Source: Candidatus Izemoplasmatales bacterium
GTDB lineage: Bacteria; Bacillota_I; Bacilli_A; Izemoplasmatales; Hujiaoplasmataceae
Direction: 5' to 3'
DNA length: 64,000 nucleotides
Assembly: GCA_050949045.1 (NCBI GenBank)
Contig: JBMNEZ010000001.1
Coordinates: 1,088,001-1,152,000, forward strand
Numbering within the stretch: position 1 is the first letter of the stretch; every line of letters begins with the position of its first letter. The translations under genes were made by a program, and so were the position numbers. This document shows, piece after piece, positions 1 through 9,067 of this stretch. The notes under the pieces are model-generated. The model did no database searches. It was not told where the DNA came from and was given only the letters and a program-made list of their open reading frames with translations.

Positions 1-442
1 TTCCGCCACTAGAAGCACCGACGATGTGGATGATTCCGTTGCCAAGGCCACCAAGGATTCCGCCGACAAGCGCATTCGAGAGGATATCATCACCCATGAC
101 AGGCGTCTCGACCCGAAATGAAAGGATGGCACTATAGATGACGATTGAAAGAAACGTGTAATAGATGAACCGCTTGTTTAGTTTGATATAACCGAAGATC
201 ATCAGAGGAATCTGAAGTACGAACGACAACAAACCGAGATTGAGCATGAGATTCCCGCCGGTAACCAGATTGATGACGTTGATAATCAACTGTGTCAATC
301 CGGTGACCCCGCCGCAATAGAGTTTGGCTGGATCGACAAAAAAGATGATGCCAAGACCGGCAATCACGGTCCCAACCACGACAAATACAATCGTTTTCAA
401 CTCTTTTTTAAAATCAATTTTTAATCGTTTTGTCTTTTCCAT
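1..442 (-). CDS. YitT-family membrane protein (truncated at window edge)
   Basis: Manual translation from ATG at 442: MEKTKRLKIDFKKELKTIVFVVVGTVIAGLGIIFFVDPAKLYCGGVTGL...GASSGG; GGxxG and GxSSGG motifs typical of YitT; not in ORF track. Confidence 0.8.
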   Translation of the reverse strand, partial: MEKTKRLKIDFKKELKTIVFVVVGTVIAGLGIIFFVDPAKLYCGGVTGLTQLIINVINLVTGGNLMLNLGLLSFVLQIPLMIFGYIKLNKRFIYYTFLSIVIYSAILSFRVETPVMGDDILSNALVGGILGGLGNGIIHIVGASSGG

Positions 443-443
443 A

Positions 444-2393
444 TTATCTGATTTCATCACCCGGACCAAGAGACCCTGAGGCCTCAATCACTGAAAGATC
501 GCCGCTTTCACTCTCGCCACACAGGATCATTCCTTCGCTGAGTTCACCTCGCAATTTAATCGGTTCGAGATTAGTGATGACCAGCAGTCTCATACCAATC
601 AAAGCCTGGGGTTTATAATAATCGGCTATTCCCGAAACGACTTGTCTGATTTTGTCGCCGGTATCGATTTTGAGAATCACCAATTTTTTGGCATTCTTAT
701 GAAAAGAAGCCTCCTTGACAATGCCGACTTTAATCTCGATCTGATTGAACACATCAACGCTTATCGCGGGTTTGACCGGTTTATCAAGATCCATCGGTTT
801 GCATTCGTGGTTTCCCATCATTTGTCTAATTTTGGCCACTTCCTTCTCATAGTCCAATCTTGGAAAAACATGGATCGGTGTGGGTGCCACTTGATAATCA
901 CTCTTGAATCCGAAAACAGCGCTTGCGAGAGATTGCGCATGTGAGTCAACTTCAAGCATTGCGAAGACTTTGGCTGGAGTTTCAATCAAAACAGGTTGGT
1001 AAAGAATAGTCGCGATTCTGATAGCCTCAAGCAAATGGTAAAGAACCGATTGAAGTACTTCGCTATTCGCTTTCGACTTGGCAAGATCCCAAGGGAGAGT
1101 CTCGTCAATTAGTTTGTTGGTTCTCGAAATCAGTCGTGATACTTCGAAAAGAGCCTGAGAAACTCGGAATTCGTCCATGGCATCCTGGTATTTGTTAACA
1201 ACATCTTCGATGGTGCCTTCAAGATCGCGCTCGAATACCGCAATTTCATTAGTGTGTGACCTATGTGATACGAAACCAGAAAAGTACTTGTTCACCATCG
1301 TGATAACCCGGCTGACGAGATTCCCGTAATCATTGGCAAGTTCGGTGTTGATTCTAGTGACATAGTCCTCGGGAGTGAACAAGCCATCGTTGCCGTAGGG
1401 AAGATCCTTGACAATGTAGTAGCGAAAAGCATCGAGTCCATAGTTTTCCACCAATTGTTCCGGATAGATGACATTTCCTTTTGACTTGGAAATCTTACCG
1501 TCTTTCATCAAATACCAGCCGTGAACGAATAATCTGAAATTGATCGGTTCACCAATCGCCATCAGGATACATGGCCAATAGACGGCATGGAAACGAAGAA
1601 TGTCCTTGCCAATGACATGGATGATTTCATCGCCCGCGATCCAATACTTCTGATAGAGACTCTCGTCTTTTGAACGGTAGCCAAGGGCGCTGATGTAATT
1701 GCTGAGAGCATCAATCCAGACATAGATGACGTGACGGGGATCGCTCTTCACCTTGACGCCCCAATCAAACGACGTCCTTGAGACGCTGAGATCGTTGAGA
1801 CCGGATTTGATGAATTGGACAACTTCGTTCTTTCTGGTTTCAGGAAAAATGAAATCGGGATGCTCTTCAATATATTTCAACAAACGGTCCTGATACTTGG
1901 ACAGACGGAAAAAATAGGTTTCCTCTTTGACGATTGATGTCGGACGCCCACAATCAGGACATAGTTCGCTTTCCTTGAGTTGGGTTGGTGTGAAATAGGC
2001 TTCGCATTCAACACAGTAATTTCCCGAATACTTGCCGAGATAGATATCGCCTGAATCAAGCAAATCTTGAAAGATATCCTGAACCACGCTTTCATGTCGC
2101 TTTTCCGTGGTTCTAATGAAATCATCATTCTTAATTGCAAGCAACCGCCATAGTTCTTTTGTCATTTCCGCGATGTGATCGACATGTTCTTGCGGTGCTT
2201 TATGGTTCTTCTTTGCGGCTTCCGCGATCTTTAGTCCATGTTCGTCCATGCCAGTCAAAAAGCGCGTGTCGTATCCCTGAAGATCCTTGTAGCGCTTAAG
2301 AGTGTCACACAAACAGGTCGTGTAGGCGGAACCAATATGCAGTTTTCCGCTTGGATAATAGATTGGCGTGGTAATATAGAATGTCTTGGCCAT
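444..2393 (-). CDS. metG: Methionine--tRNA ligase with C-terminal tRNA-binding domain
   Basis: FYITTPIYY, HIGH-like LHIGSAY, Zn-knuckle CxxC..CPDC, YVWIDAL, GKDILRFH, KISKS; start set at MAKTFY. Confidence 0.97.
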   Translation of the reverse strand: MAKTFYITTPIYYPSGKLHIGSAYTTCLCDTLKRYKDLQGYDTRFLTGMDEHGLKIAEAAKKNHKAPQEHVDHIAEMTKELWRLLAIKNDDFIRTTEKRHESVVQDIFQDLLDSGDIYLGKYSGNYCVECEAYFTPTQLKESELCPDCGRPTSIVKEETYFFRLSKYQDRLLKYIEEHPDFIFPETRKNEVVQFIKSGLNDLSVSRTSFDWGVKVKSDPRHVIYVWIDALSNYISALGYRSKDESLYQKYWIAGDEIIHVIGKDILRFHAVYWPCILMAIGEPINFRLFVHGWYLMKDGKISKSKGNVIYPEQLVENYGLDAFRYYIVKDLPYGNDGLFTPEDYVTRINTELANDYGNLVSRVITMVNKYFSGFVSHRSHTNEIAVFERDLEGTIEDVVNKYQDAMDEFRVSQALFEVSRLISRTNKLIDETLPWDLAKSKANSEVLQSVLYHLLEAIRIATILYQPVLIETPAKVFAMLEVDSHAQSLASAVFGFKSDYQVAPTPIHVFPRLDYEKEVAKIRQMMGNHECKPMDLDKPVKPAISVDVFNQIEIKVGIVKEASFHKNAKKLVILKIDTGDKIRQVVSGIADYYKPQALIGMRLLVITNLEPIKLRGELSEGMILCGESESGDLSVIEASGSLGPGDEIR

Positions 2394-2394
2394 C

Positions 2395-2973
2395 TTACTT
2401 CCTCTGTTCAAATTCACGATAAAAAATATTTTTTGCCAGTTCACTCGCCTTGGCATCGCCCAAAGTGTTCCTAACGATTTCAAGGGCAAATTCATATACC
2501 GCTCCGGCGCCGATTGCTGTTATGATCTTGCCGTCGCTAACTGTTTGTTTTTCTATTCTGACGGCTCCGCGCATCTCAGCTTCGGTACCTGGAAAAGAAA
2601 TGTATTTCTTCCCTTCCATAACTCCGGCGAAAGCGAGCACCGTTGGTCCGGCGCAAATTGCCATCAAATATTTGCCACAAGCATGAAAATCCTTGATTAA
2701 CTGCAGTACCTTCTTGTTTTCCCGCAACAAAAAGGCTGCCCTTCCGCCGGGAATGAAGAGACCGTCATAAGCATTATGATCGAAGTTTGTCATCATAATG
2801 TCAGGTTTGACAAATGTGTTATATACCCCTTTAACATAAGGGACGCCATCGACAGAGACAAAATCGACTTTGATGCCGGCTCGTCTGAGAATCGCCGTTG
2901 TCCCAAGCGCCTCCATATCTTCAAATCCATCCAATAGTAAGCAAGCAATTTTCACAATAATCCCCTCTTTCAT
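2395..2973 (-). CDS. DJ-1/PfpI (ThiJ/YajL-like) protein
   Basis: GFEDME, PGG, AICAGP nucleophile elbow. Confidence 0.9.
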   Translation of the reverse strand: MKEGIIVKIACLLLDGFEDMEALGTTAILRRAGIKVDFVSVDGVPYVKGVYNTFVKPDIMMTNFDHNAYDGLFIPGGRAAFLLRENKKVLQLIKDFHACGKYLMAICAGPTVLAFAGVMEGKKYISFPGTEAEMRGAVRIEKQTVSDGKIITAIGAGAVYEFALEIVRNTLGDAKASELAKNIFYREFEQRK

Positions 2974-2989
2974 GACGATATTGATTATA

Positions 2990-3844
2990 TCACTGTTTCT
3001 TGGTTTTTTTCAAATATTCCCGATAGATTTTGTTTTTTGGAACACCGCTTAAAAGCGCGACTTCTTTCATTGCTTCCGTCTTGGATAAACCTGATTTGAC
3101 CATACTATCGACTGCATTAACGACATCCTCAATCTTGAATTGTTCGTTTTCGGGTTGATAACCGGCGACAACAACGACAAATTCGCCTCGAAAATCTTCC
3201 AAACCGGACAATTCGGAAGCGAGCCCTCTGATAATTTCCTCATGCTTTTTGCTGATCTCACGGATCAGAGCAATACAGCGATCCCCAAAAATGGCCAATA
3301 TGTCGTCAATAAAGGCTTTGATCCGGTGCGGAGCTTCATAGAAAACCAGAGTCTCCTCGCGATATTTTAGTTTTTTGAGCACTTCCCGCCGTTTTGCTTG
3401 TTTTGCCTCAAGAAAGCCGTAAAAGAGATGCGGATGCGGTTTTAATCCGGACATCAGAAGCCCAGTGATACCGGCGCTTGGCCCGGGAAGGCAAACCACG
3501 CCAAACCCGGATTCAAGGCACTTCCTGACCAGTTCACTGCCTGGATCACTTAGAAGCGGCATTCCTGCATCACTGATTATCCCCACCGAACGCCCAGATG
3601 TCAAATGGCCAATGATGGCTGTTTCCACCTGTTTTTCATTGTGCTCGTGAAAACTATTAAGTGTCTTTTCAATCTGATAATGTCTTAACAGTTTAAGGGA
3701 TACCCTAGTATCCTCCGCATATAAGTAATCAACGTTTTTAATAACTTCCAATGCCCTCAAGGTGATATCTTCGAGATTGCCTATCGGTGTCGGGATCAAA
3801 TATAGCGTTGCGTTTTTATCAACATAATTTTGGTGCCGTATCAT
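2990..3844 (-). CDS. rsmI: 16S rRNA C1402 2'-O-methyltransferase
   Basis: LYLIPTPIGNLEDIT, AEDTR, SDAGMP, YEAPHR, REISKKHEE. Confidence 0.96.
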   Translation of the reverse strand: MIRHQNYVDKNATLYLIPTPIGNLEDITLRALEVIKNVDYLYAEDTRVSLKLLRHYQIEKTLNSFHEHNEKQVETAIIGHLTSGRSVGIISDAGMPLLSDPGSELVRKCLESGFGVVCLPGPSAGITGLLMSGLKPHPHLFYGFLEAKQAKRREVLKKLKYREETLVFYEAPHRIKAFIDDILAIFGDRCIALIREISKKHEEIIRGLASELSGLEDFRGEFVVVVAGYQPENEQFKIEDVVNAVDSMVKSGLSKTEAMKEVALLSGVPKNKIYREYLKKTKKQ

Positions 3845-3858
3845 TTTCTATCACTCGC

Positions 3859-4590
3859 TCATATTTTTAGGATTCCTCGGGCTGTTTCAGTGTACCCGCC
3901 CGTATCATCATGAACAATCAGGGGCGGTATGACCTTGAGATCGCCCTTCTGCCCTTTTGAAGAAGCCTCAAGGAGGACCATCAGCGCCTTTTGGTCGCGT
4001 TTTGGATGAACAAACCGCATCCGTTTGAGAGAAAAACCCAATTTATCGAGAAGTACGGTTAACTCGTCTAAACGAGCGGCGCGATGGACAAAAACAAATG
4101 CGCCCTTGATTCTGAGTAATCTTTTCGCTGTGACCGCCAGTGTCTCGAAATCAAGCTTTTCCTCGTGCTTGGACACTTTGATTGTCGGATTATGCGAGAC
4201 AATCGAACTCTCTGACAATTTATAAAACGGTGGGTTCGCGACTACAATATCGAAGGAAGAGGGCTGAAAACGGGAATGGACGACTCGAATGTCGTCCTGA
4301 ATGATCTCGATTTGGTCGTCCAAGTTGTTCAGGCGAACACTTTTTTGTGCCAACAGACATTGATCGGAGTTGATTTCGATACCGATGATTCGCGCCTTGG
4401 TCTTCTCGCTTAGCAGTAAAGGGATGGGCCCAAGGCCAGTGCCAAGGTCGATGATGTTCTTGGTCTTGAGATTCACTTTGACGAAATCTGCCAGTAAAAT
4501 GGCATCCAGTGACAATTTGAAAAGATCGTCCCTCTGGATGATCTTGAGATTTTTGGAGCCGAGAAGGTCATCGACGATTTCTGGTTTCAC
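3859..4590 (-). CDS. tRNA1(Val) A37 N6-methyltransferase-like (YabB)
   Basis: DLGTGLG SAM motif, NPPFY motif, yabB position in the tmk-holB-yaaT-rsmI cluster. Confidence 0.88.
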   Translation of the reverse strand: MKPEIVDDLLGSKNLKIIQRDDLFKLSLDAILLADFVKVNLKTKNIIDLGTGLGPIPLLLSEKTKARIIGIEINSDQCLLAQKSVRLNNLDDQIEIIQDDIRVVHSRFQPSSFDIVVANPPFYKLSESSIVSHNPTIKVSKHEEKLDFETLAVTAKRLLRIKGAFVFVHRAARLDELTVLLDKLGFSLKRMRFVHPKRDQKALMVLLEASSKGQKGDLKVIPPLIVHDDTGGYTETARGILKI

Positions 4591-4604
4591 TGTCTATATC
4601 CCGA

Positions 4605-5471
4605 TTATCCTTCCAGATCCTTGACTTCTTCTGTGTCAACATCGATGTCCTCATCGCTAGCCTTCTCTCGAAAATCAAGTTCCTCTACGTTATAGAAATC
4701 GAACTTTCCGTCAGGAAACTCGACTTTGGCGGTCAAATTGAAAAAATTGACCTGTGTCACTTTGCCGCTACCGTCGGGAGTCGTCACAAGCGAATTGATT
4801 TTGGGCATCTGCTTGCGGAACTCGCGATAGTTCTCATTTTCATAATGGATGCAACAAAGCAACTTGCCACAAAGACCGGAGATGTTGCTGGGGTTCAGTG
4901 ACAAATTCTGGTTTTTCGCCATTTTGATCGATACGGGTTCGAACTCATCCAAAAACTTTGAACAGCAAGTGATCAGACCGCAAGGGCCGATTCCACCCAA
5001 AACCTTGGCCCCGTCCCTTGCGCCGACCTGCCTCAGTTCGATCCGAATACGGAACTCATTGGCGAGCTCTTTGACGAGCTCCCGAAAATCAACCCTACCC
5101 TCAGCGGTAAAGTAAATCAACAGTTTCTGTCGGTCAAGCGTGTATTCGGCTGTGAGAAGTTTCATGTCCAAGCGGTTCTTTTTGATGAGCTCCTGAGTTT
5201 TGGACAAGACTATTGGTTCCATCGCTTCGTTTTCTGTTTGCGTTTTCATGTCCGCCTCGGTCGCGATGCGGATAATCGGCTTCAGCGGCGAAACAACCTC
5301 GGAATCCTTTACAAGCTTCGGGTCTTCGGAGGCTATGCCGATCTCAATACCTCTAATCGTTTCGACCACGACATTATCCCCGGCACGAACGGTTATTCCC
5401 TCCGCAGAAAAATAATATTTTTTCCCAAGCCGGTTAAACTGAACCGGCACTACAAGACAATCCATTGACAA
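4605..5471 (-). CDS. ricT: PSP1-domain protein RicT/YaaT
   Basis: RVDFRELVK, RIELRQVG, GPCG..CC, ISGLCGKLLCC; follows holB. Confidence 0.92.
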   Translation of the reverse strand: MSMDCLVVPVQFNRLGKKYYFSAEGITVRAGDNVVVETIRGIEIGIASEDPKLVKDSEVVSPLKPIIRIATEADMKTQTENEAMEPIVLSKTQELIKKNRLDMKLLTAEYTLDRQKLLIYFTAEGRVDFRELVKELANEFRIRIELRQVGARDGAKVLGGIGPCGLITCCSKFLDEFEPVSIKMAKNQNLSLNPSNISGLCGKLLCCIHYENENYREFRKQMPKINSLVTTPDGSGKVTQVNFFNLTAKVEFPDGKFDFYNVEELDFREKASDEDIDVDTEEVKDLEG

Positions 5472-6468
5472 TTCCTCTCTCCAAGCAAGCCAGCATCTTG
5501 TCGAATGCCAGATTGCTGTTGATATTGTATTTGAGTTTTGCTTTCAAACCGAGCAACAACTCTAATTGCTCCTCGATAATTTTTTGTGGCGTTTTCTCAC
5601 CGATTTTCTCGATCAGTTGTATTTCCGAATCAAAAACAATCAGTTCTTTATGTCTCAATTTATAGTTCAATGCGTCTTTCATGATCAGGGTCAGCACTCC
5701 GACAAAGAAATCAGCGGTATCAAAAGATTCGAGCACTAGTTCTTTAGCGTCTTTGAAAAGCAACACGGCCGAGCGGTCCCGCTTGAAAAGGCTATGGTAA
5801 ATATCCAGCGCCAGGTCGACAAGCAAGGATGTTTTTCCGTCCTGGCTCATTTTGACGGCCATGTCGGTGTTGAAAGTCGATTCTGAAATCGCGCTTGCGA
5901 GCCTGTCGGGGACACCTATTAATAATAGATCCTGCTTGATCTTTTTGCGGTCTATCGGTTTGAAATGCAGTGCTTGGGCTCTCGATATGATGGTCTTCAT
6001 CAAGGACCCTTGCTGGGAGGTTATAAGCACCTGGTAAATCCCTTGCCCTGGCTCTTCCATCGTTTTCAAAAGAGTATTGGCTGCTTCCTGGTTAAGCTTC
6101 TCCGCCTCGTCAATGATATAGATGCGGGGGCCATCCTCCAGAGAAGTTCGTGAAAATTCGACCAGGAGGTCCTTGATCTGGCGTTTACGGATCTGGTCGC
6201 CGGTCGCGCTGACATAAAAAACGTTTGGATGATTCAAGGCATCAATCCGCGTACAGTTATTGCAGACATTACATGGGTTGAAGCCGGCATCCCGCTTTTT
6301 ACAGATCAACGTCTTGGCGAACAGAATCGCGGTATCGATGCGTTTGGTGCCCTTCGCTCCTTCAAAAATATAGGAATGGGATGTCATCCCTTGCTTGAGA
6401 CCGTTCAAAAGCATCCGCGAAACTACCGGCTGATACTCTTCGAGTCTGTCCCAGGTAAAGAATGTCAT
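5434..6468 (-). CDS. holB: DNA polymerase III delta' subunit
   Basis: HSYIFEG, Zn Cys cluster, IIDEAEKL, AANTLLKTMEEP, TIISR. Confidence 0.93.
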   Translation of the reverse strand: MTFFTWDRLEEYQPVVSRMLLNGLKQGMTSHSYIFEGAKGTKRIDTAILFAKTLICKKRDAGFNPCNVCNNCTRIDALNHPNVFYVSATGDQIRKRQIKDLLVEFSRTSLEDGPRIYIIDEAEKLNQEAANTLLKTMEEPGQGIYQVLITSQQGSLMKTIISRAQALHFKPIDRKKIKQDLLLIGVPDRLASAISESTFNTDMAVKMSQDGKTSLLVDLALDIYHSLFKRDRSAVLLFKDAKELVLESFDTADFFVGVLTLIMKDALNYKLRHKELIVFDSEIQLIEKIGEKTPQKIIEEQLELLLGLKAKLKYNINSNLAFDKMLACLERGIVNGLSCSAGSV

Positions 6469-7112
6469 CGTTGTTCTCCTGAAATCAATTTGGTTATTTC
6501 CTTGATACAGGCGGCTGCGACTACATCAATCTCGTTTTCTCCGGGAATGCGTCTAATCCTTTCCGGAAACAGATCACATAGTTTCAAATAACCATTATAG
6601 ATCATTGTGTGAAACTCCTGCTCTTCAAGATCAAGACGATTGATTTCCCGGCCTGGAGTCTGAAATACCCGTTTCAGACCGACATCGGGACGGACATCGA
6701 TGAAGAGCGTCAAATCAGGAAAATGGTTCTCAATCGCAAATTGGTTTATTCCCAAAACTTCTTCGTACCCAAGCCCTCTGGCAATCCCTTGATAAACCAA
6801 GCTGCTGTCGACAAACCGATCACAGAGCACGATCGAACCATGCTCAAGTGCGGGAAGAATTTTTTCGATCAGATGTTGCCTTCGCGATGCCGCAAAGAGG
6901 AGCGCTTCGGTCCTGGGATCCATTTCCGTGTGTTCGCGATTAAGAAGTATCTCCCGGATCTTTTCGCTGATTCTGATGCCTCCGGGTTCGCGGGTAATCA
7001 TGATTTCATGGCCGCGACCGGCAAAGTAATCATGGACATTTTTGATTATTGATGTTTTCCCCGAACCTTCCGTGCCCTCAAAAGAAATGAAACATCCTTT
7101 CATCTTTTCCAC
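6465..7112 (-). CDS. tmk: Thymidylate kinase
   Basis: FEGTEGSGKT P-loop, TREPGG, CDRFVDSS. Confidence 0.97.
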   Translation of the reverse strand: MEKMKGCFISFEGTEGSGKTSIIKNVHDYFAGRGHEIMITREPGGIRISEKIREILLNREHTEMDPRTEALLFAASRRQHLIEKILPALEHGSIVLCDRFVDSSLVYQGIARGLGYEEVLGINQFAIENHFPDLTLFIDVRPDVGLKRVFQTPGREINRLDLEEQEFHTMIYNGYLKLCDLFPERIRRIPGENEIDVVAAACIKEITKLISGEQR

Positions 7113-7215
7113 CTGCTTTACCTTTATATTATCTCACAGACAGGCTGCTTTTTGAACAAAATCTTTTATTAATGCCCGTCATTGTGATACAATGAATTTA
7201 AAGTCAGGTGATCCT

Positions 7216-7881
7216 ATGCATATCGATATTCATAATCTCTCGTTCGCCTACGGACATAAAACAGTGATCCAGAATCTATCCTTGTCGCTGGCATCCGGCG
7301 ACTATCTTGTCGTTAATGGCAAGAATGGCTCCGGCAAGACGACATTGATCAAATGTTTGCTTGGGATCAATCCCGTCAGTTCGGGGATGATTTTCTTTGA
7401 TCATCAAGACATCAACAATTTTAACGATTGGACGAAGTTCGGCTATGTCAGTCAGAGATTTGAGAGTTTAAACTACGGATATCCGATCACCGTCGATGAG
7501 TTTCTCTATATATACAGTCTCAAGAGAAAAAACCAGAACAAACGGCTGAAATTACTGGACAAACTCGGCATTCTTGAAATCGTCAATGAAAACATTAACA
7601 ATCTCTCCGGAGGCCAATTGCAGCGTGTCTTCATCGCCAAAGCGATGCTCAACGACCCCTCGGTCCTGATTTTTGACGAGCCGACAGCCTCAATTGACAA
7701 AATGAATACCCAGTATTTCTATAAGACTATCAACGAACTTCATGAAATGGGAATCACCATCATTCTGATCTCCCATAACGATTCGCTCGAAGATATGAAC
7801 TATACCCATCTCCTTTCAATGCACCTCGACCAGTCTTTTACCTTCCTTCCCTTCGAAAAAGTCGAAAAGGAGGCGCAATGA
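7216..7881 (+). CDS. znuC: Zn/Mn ABC transporter ATP-binding protein
   Basis: GKNGSGKT, LSGGQLQR, DEPT, ISH; coupled to an ABC-3 permease; start could be 7192. Confidence 0.8.
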   Translation: MHIDIHNLSFAYGHKTVIQNLSLSLASGDYLVVNGKNGSGKTTLIKCLLGINPVSSGMIFFDHQDINNFNDWTKFGYVSQRFESLNYGYPITVDEFLYIYSLKRKNQNKRLKLLDKLGILEIVNENINNLSGGQLQRVFIAKAMLNDPSVLIFDEPTASIDKMNTQYFYKTINELHEMGITIILISHNDSLEDMNYTHLLSMHLDQSFTFLPFEKVEKEAQ

Positions 7882-8747
7882 TGGTCTTTTTATCTTTTTT
7901 CACCGACCTGTTCACCTATGAGTTCATGTTAAGGGCACTGGTTGCGGGTATCATCATCGGCGCTTTGGCGCCATTGATCGGTTCGGTTGTCGTCGTCCGC
8001 AGGCTGTCCTTCATCGCCGACACTTTGGGCCACTTTGCGCTTGTCGGCATTTCGGCGAGTCTGCTTCTGACTTCACTCGGAGTGACAATATTCGCTGACG
8101 AACCGCTTTTTCTCGGTATCTTTTTTTCAGTTATCGGCGGTTTGTTAATCGAATTATTCCGCAGGGCATATAAAAACTACAAGGAAATCTCGATGGTCAT
8201 CGTCATCAGCCTCGGCACCGCACTCAGTGCGATCTTCTTCTCAAAAGCCAGGGCAACCGGTTCGATCTATACCTATTTGTTCGGCTCGATTCTGACAGTA
8301 AATAATTACTACCTTTACGCAATCATTATCACCGCTGTCTTAGTCGCCGTCTTGTTCATCCTATTCGGCAGGCAAATCATCGCCGTTAGTTTTGATGAGA
8401 CCAGTGCCAAATTTTTGGGTATCAATATCAACTATTTTCAGATCGTCTTCATGATCATGCTTTCGGTTGTCGTCTCCGTCATGCTCGAGAGCGCTGGCGT
8501 CCTCCTCATCTCCTCAATGATGATCATCCCGGTCGCCGCGGGAATGAAACTTGGGTGGAGTTTCAAATCGACACTCATCATCGCTGTGGTCTTTTCCGAA
8601 CTATCGGTGTTCTTTGGCCTTTGGCTTGCTTATTCACTGAAAATACCCAGCGGCGCCGCTATCGTTTCTATAAACATTTTCATTCTCCTCGTCGTTTCCA
8701 TAGTAAAAAAACTTGTCGTCAGAAGACAAGCAATGAAAGCAAAATAA
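7878..8747 (+). CDS. znuB: Zn/Mn ABC transporter permease (ABC-3 family)
   Basis: RRLSFIADTLGH, YLFGSIL, SFDE motifs; ATGA overlap with ATPase. Confidence 0.82.
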   Translation: MMVFLSFFTDLFTYEFMLRALVAGIIIGALAPLIGSVVVVRRLSFIADTLGHFALVGISASLLLTSLGVTIFADEPLFLGIFFSVIGGLLIELFRRAYKNYKEISMVIVISLGTALSAIFFSKARATGSIYTYLFGSILTVNNYYLYAIIITAVLVAVLFILFGRQIIAVSFDETSAKFLGININYFQIVFMIMLSVVVSVMLESAGVLLISSMMIIPVAAGMKLGWSFKSTLIIAVVFSELSVFFGLWLAYSLKIPSGAAIVSINIFILLVVSIVKKLVVRRQAMKAK

Positions 8748-8768
8748 ACTGTGTATAAAAAGAAAAAA

Positions 8769-8958
8769 CCAAGTCTAGAATGCTTAATTAGGAATACGCT
8801 ATCTAACTAGACATCAAAACCGAAAAGAAAACTGTAAACCGTCCAGAAACATTCTAATCACTTTTTGTTTAAACTCTTTAGTGTGACTTTTAAACTTTTG
8901 ACCTTTCTTTGTCATAAAAAAACACTTCTCATACTTTAAGTATATATGAAGTGTTTTT
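8769..8958 (-). mobile_element. Degenerate IS3/IS150-family OrfA remnant
   Basis: ATG at 8915 gives MTKKGQKFKSHTKEFKQKVIRMFLDG, then in-frame stops and a residual IPN...TW; preceded by inverted repeat aaaaacacttc..gaagtgttttt. Confidence 0.55.
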
Positions 8959-9067
8959 AAAAACGATTTAAAATTTTCGCTTACGGTAGTATAAAGTGAT
9001 ATATTACCCCTTTTTTATTAAAGCCTACTAAATGAGGTCCCCTCTACGCTTCTTGGTTTTTTAAATG

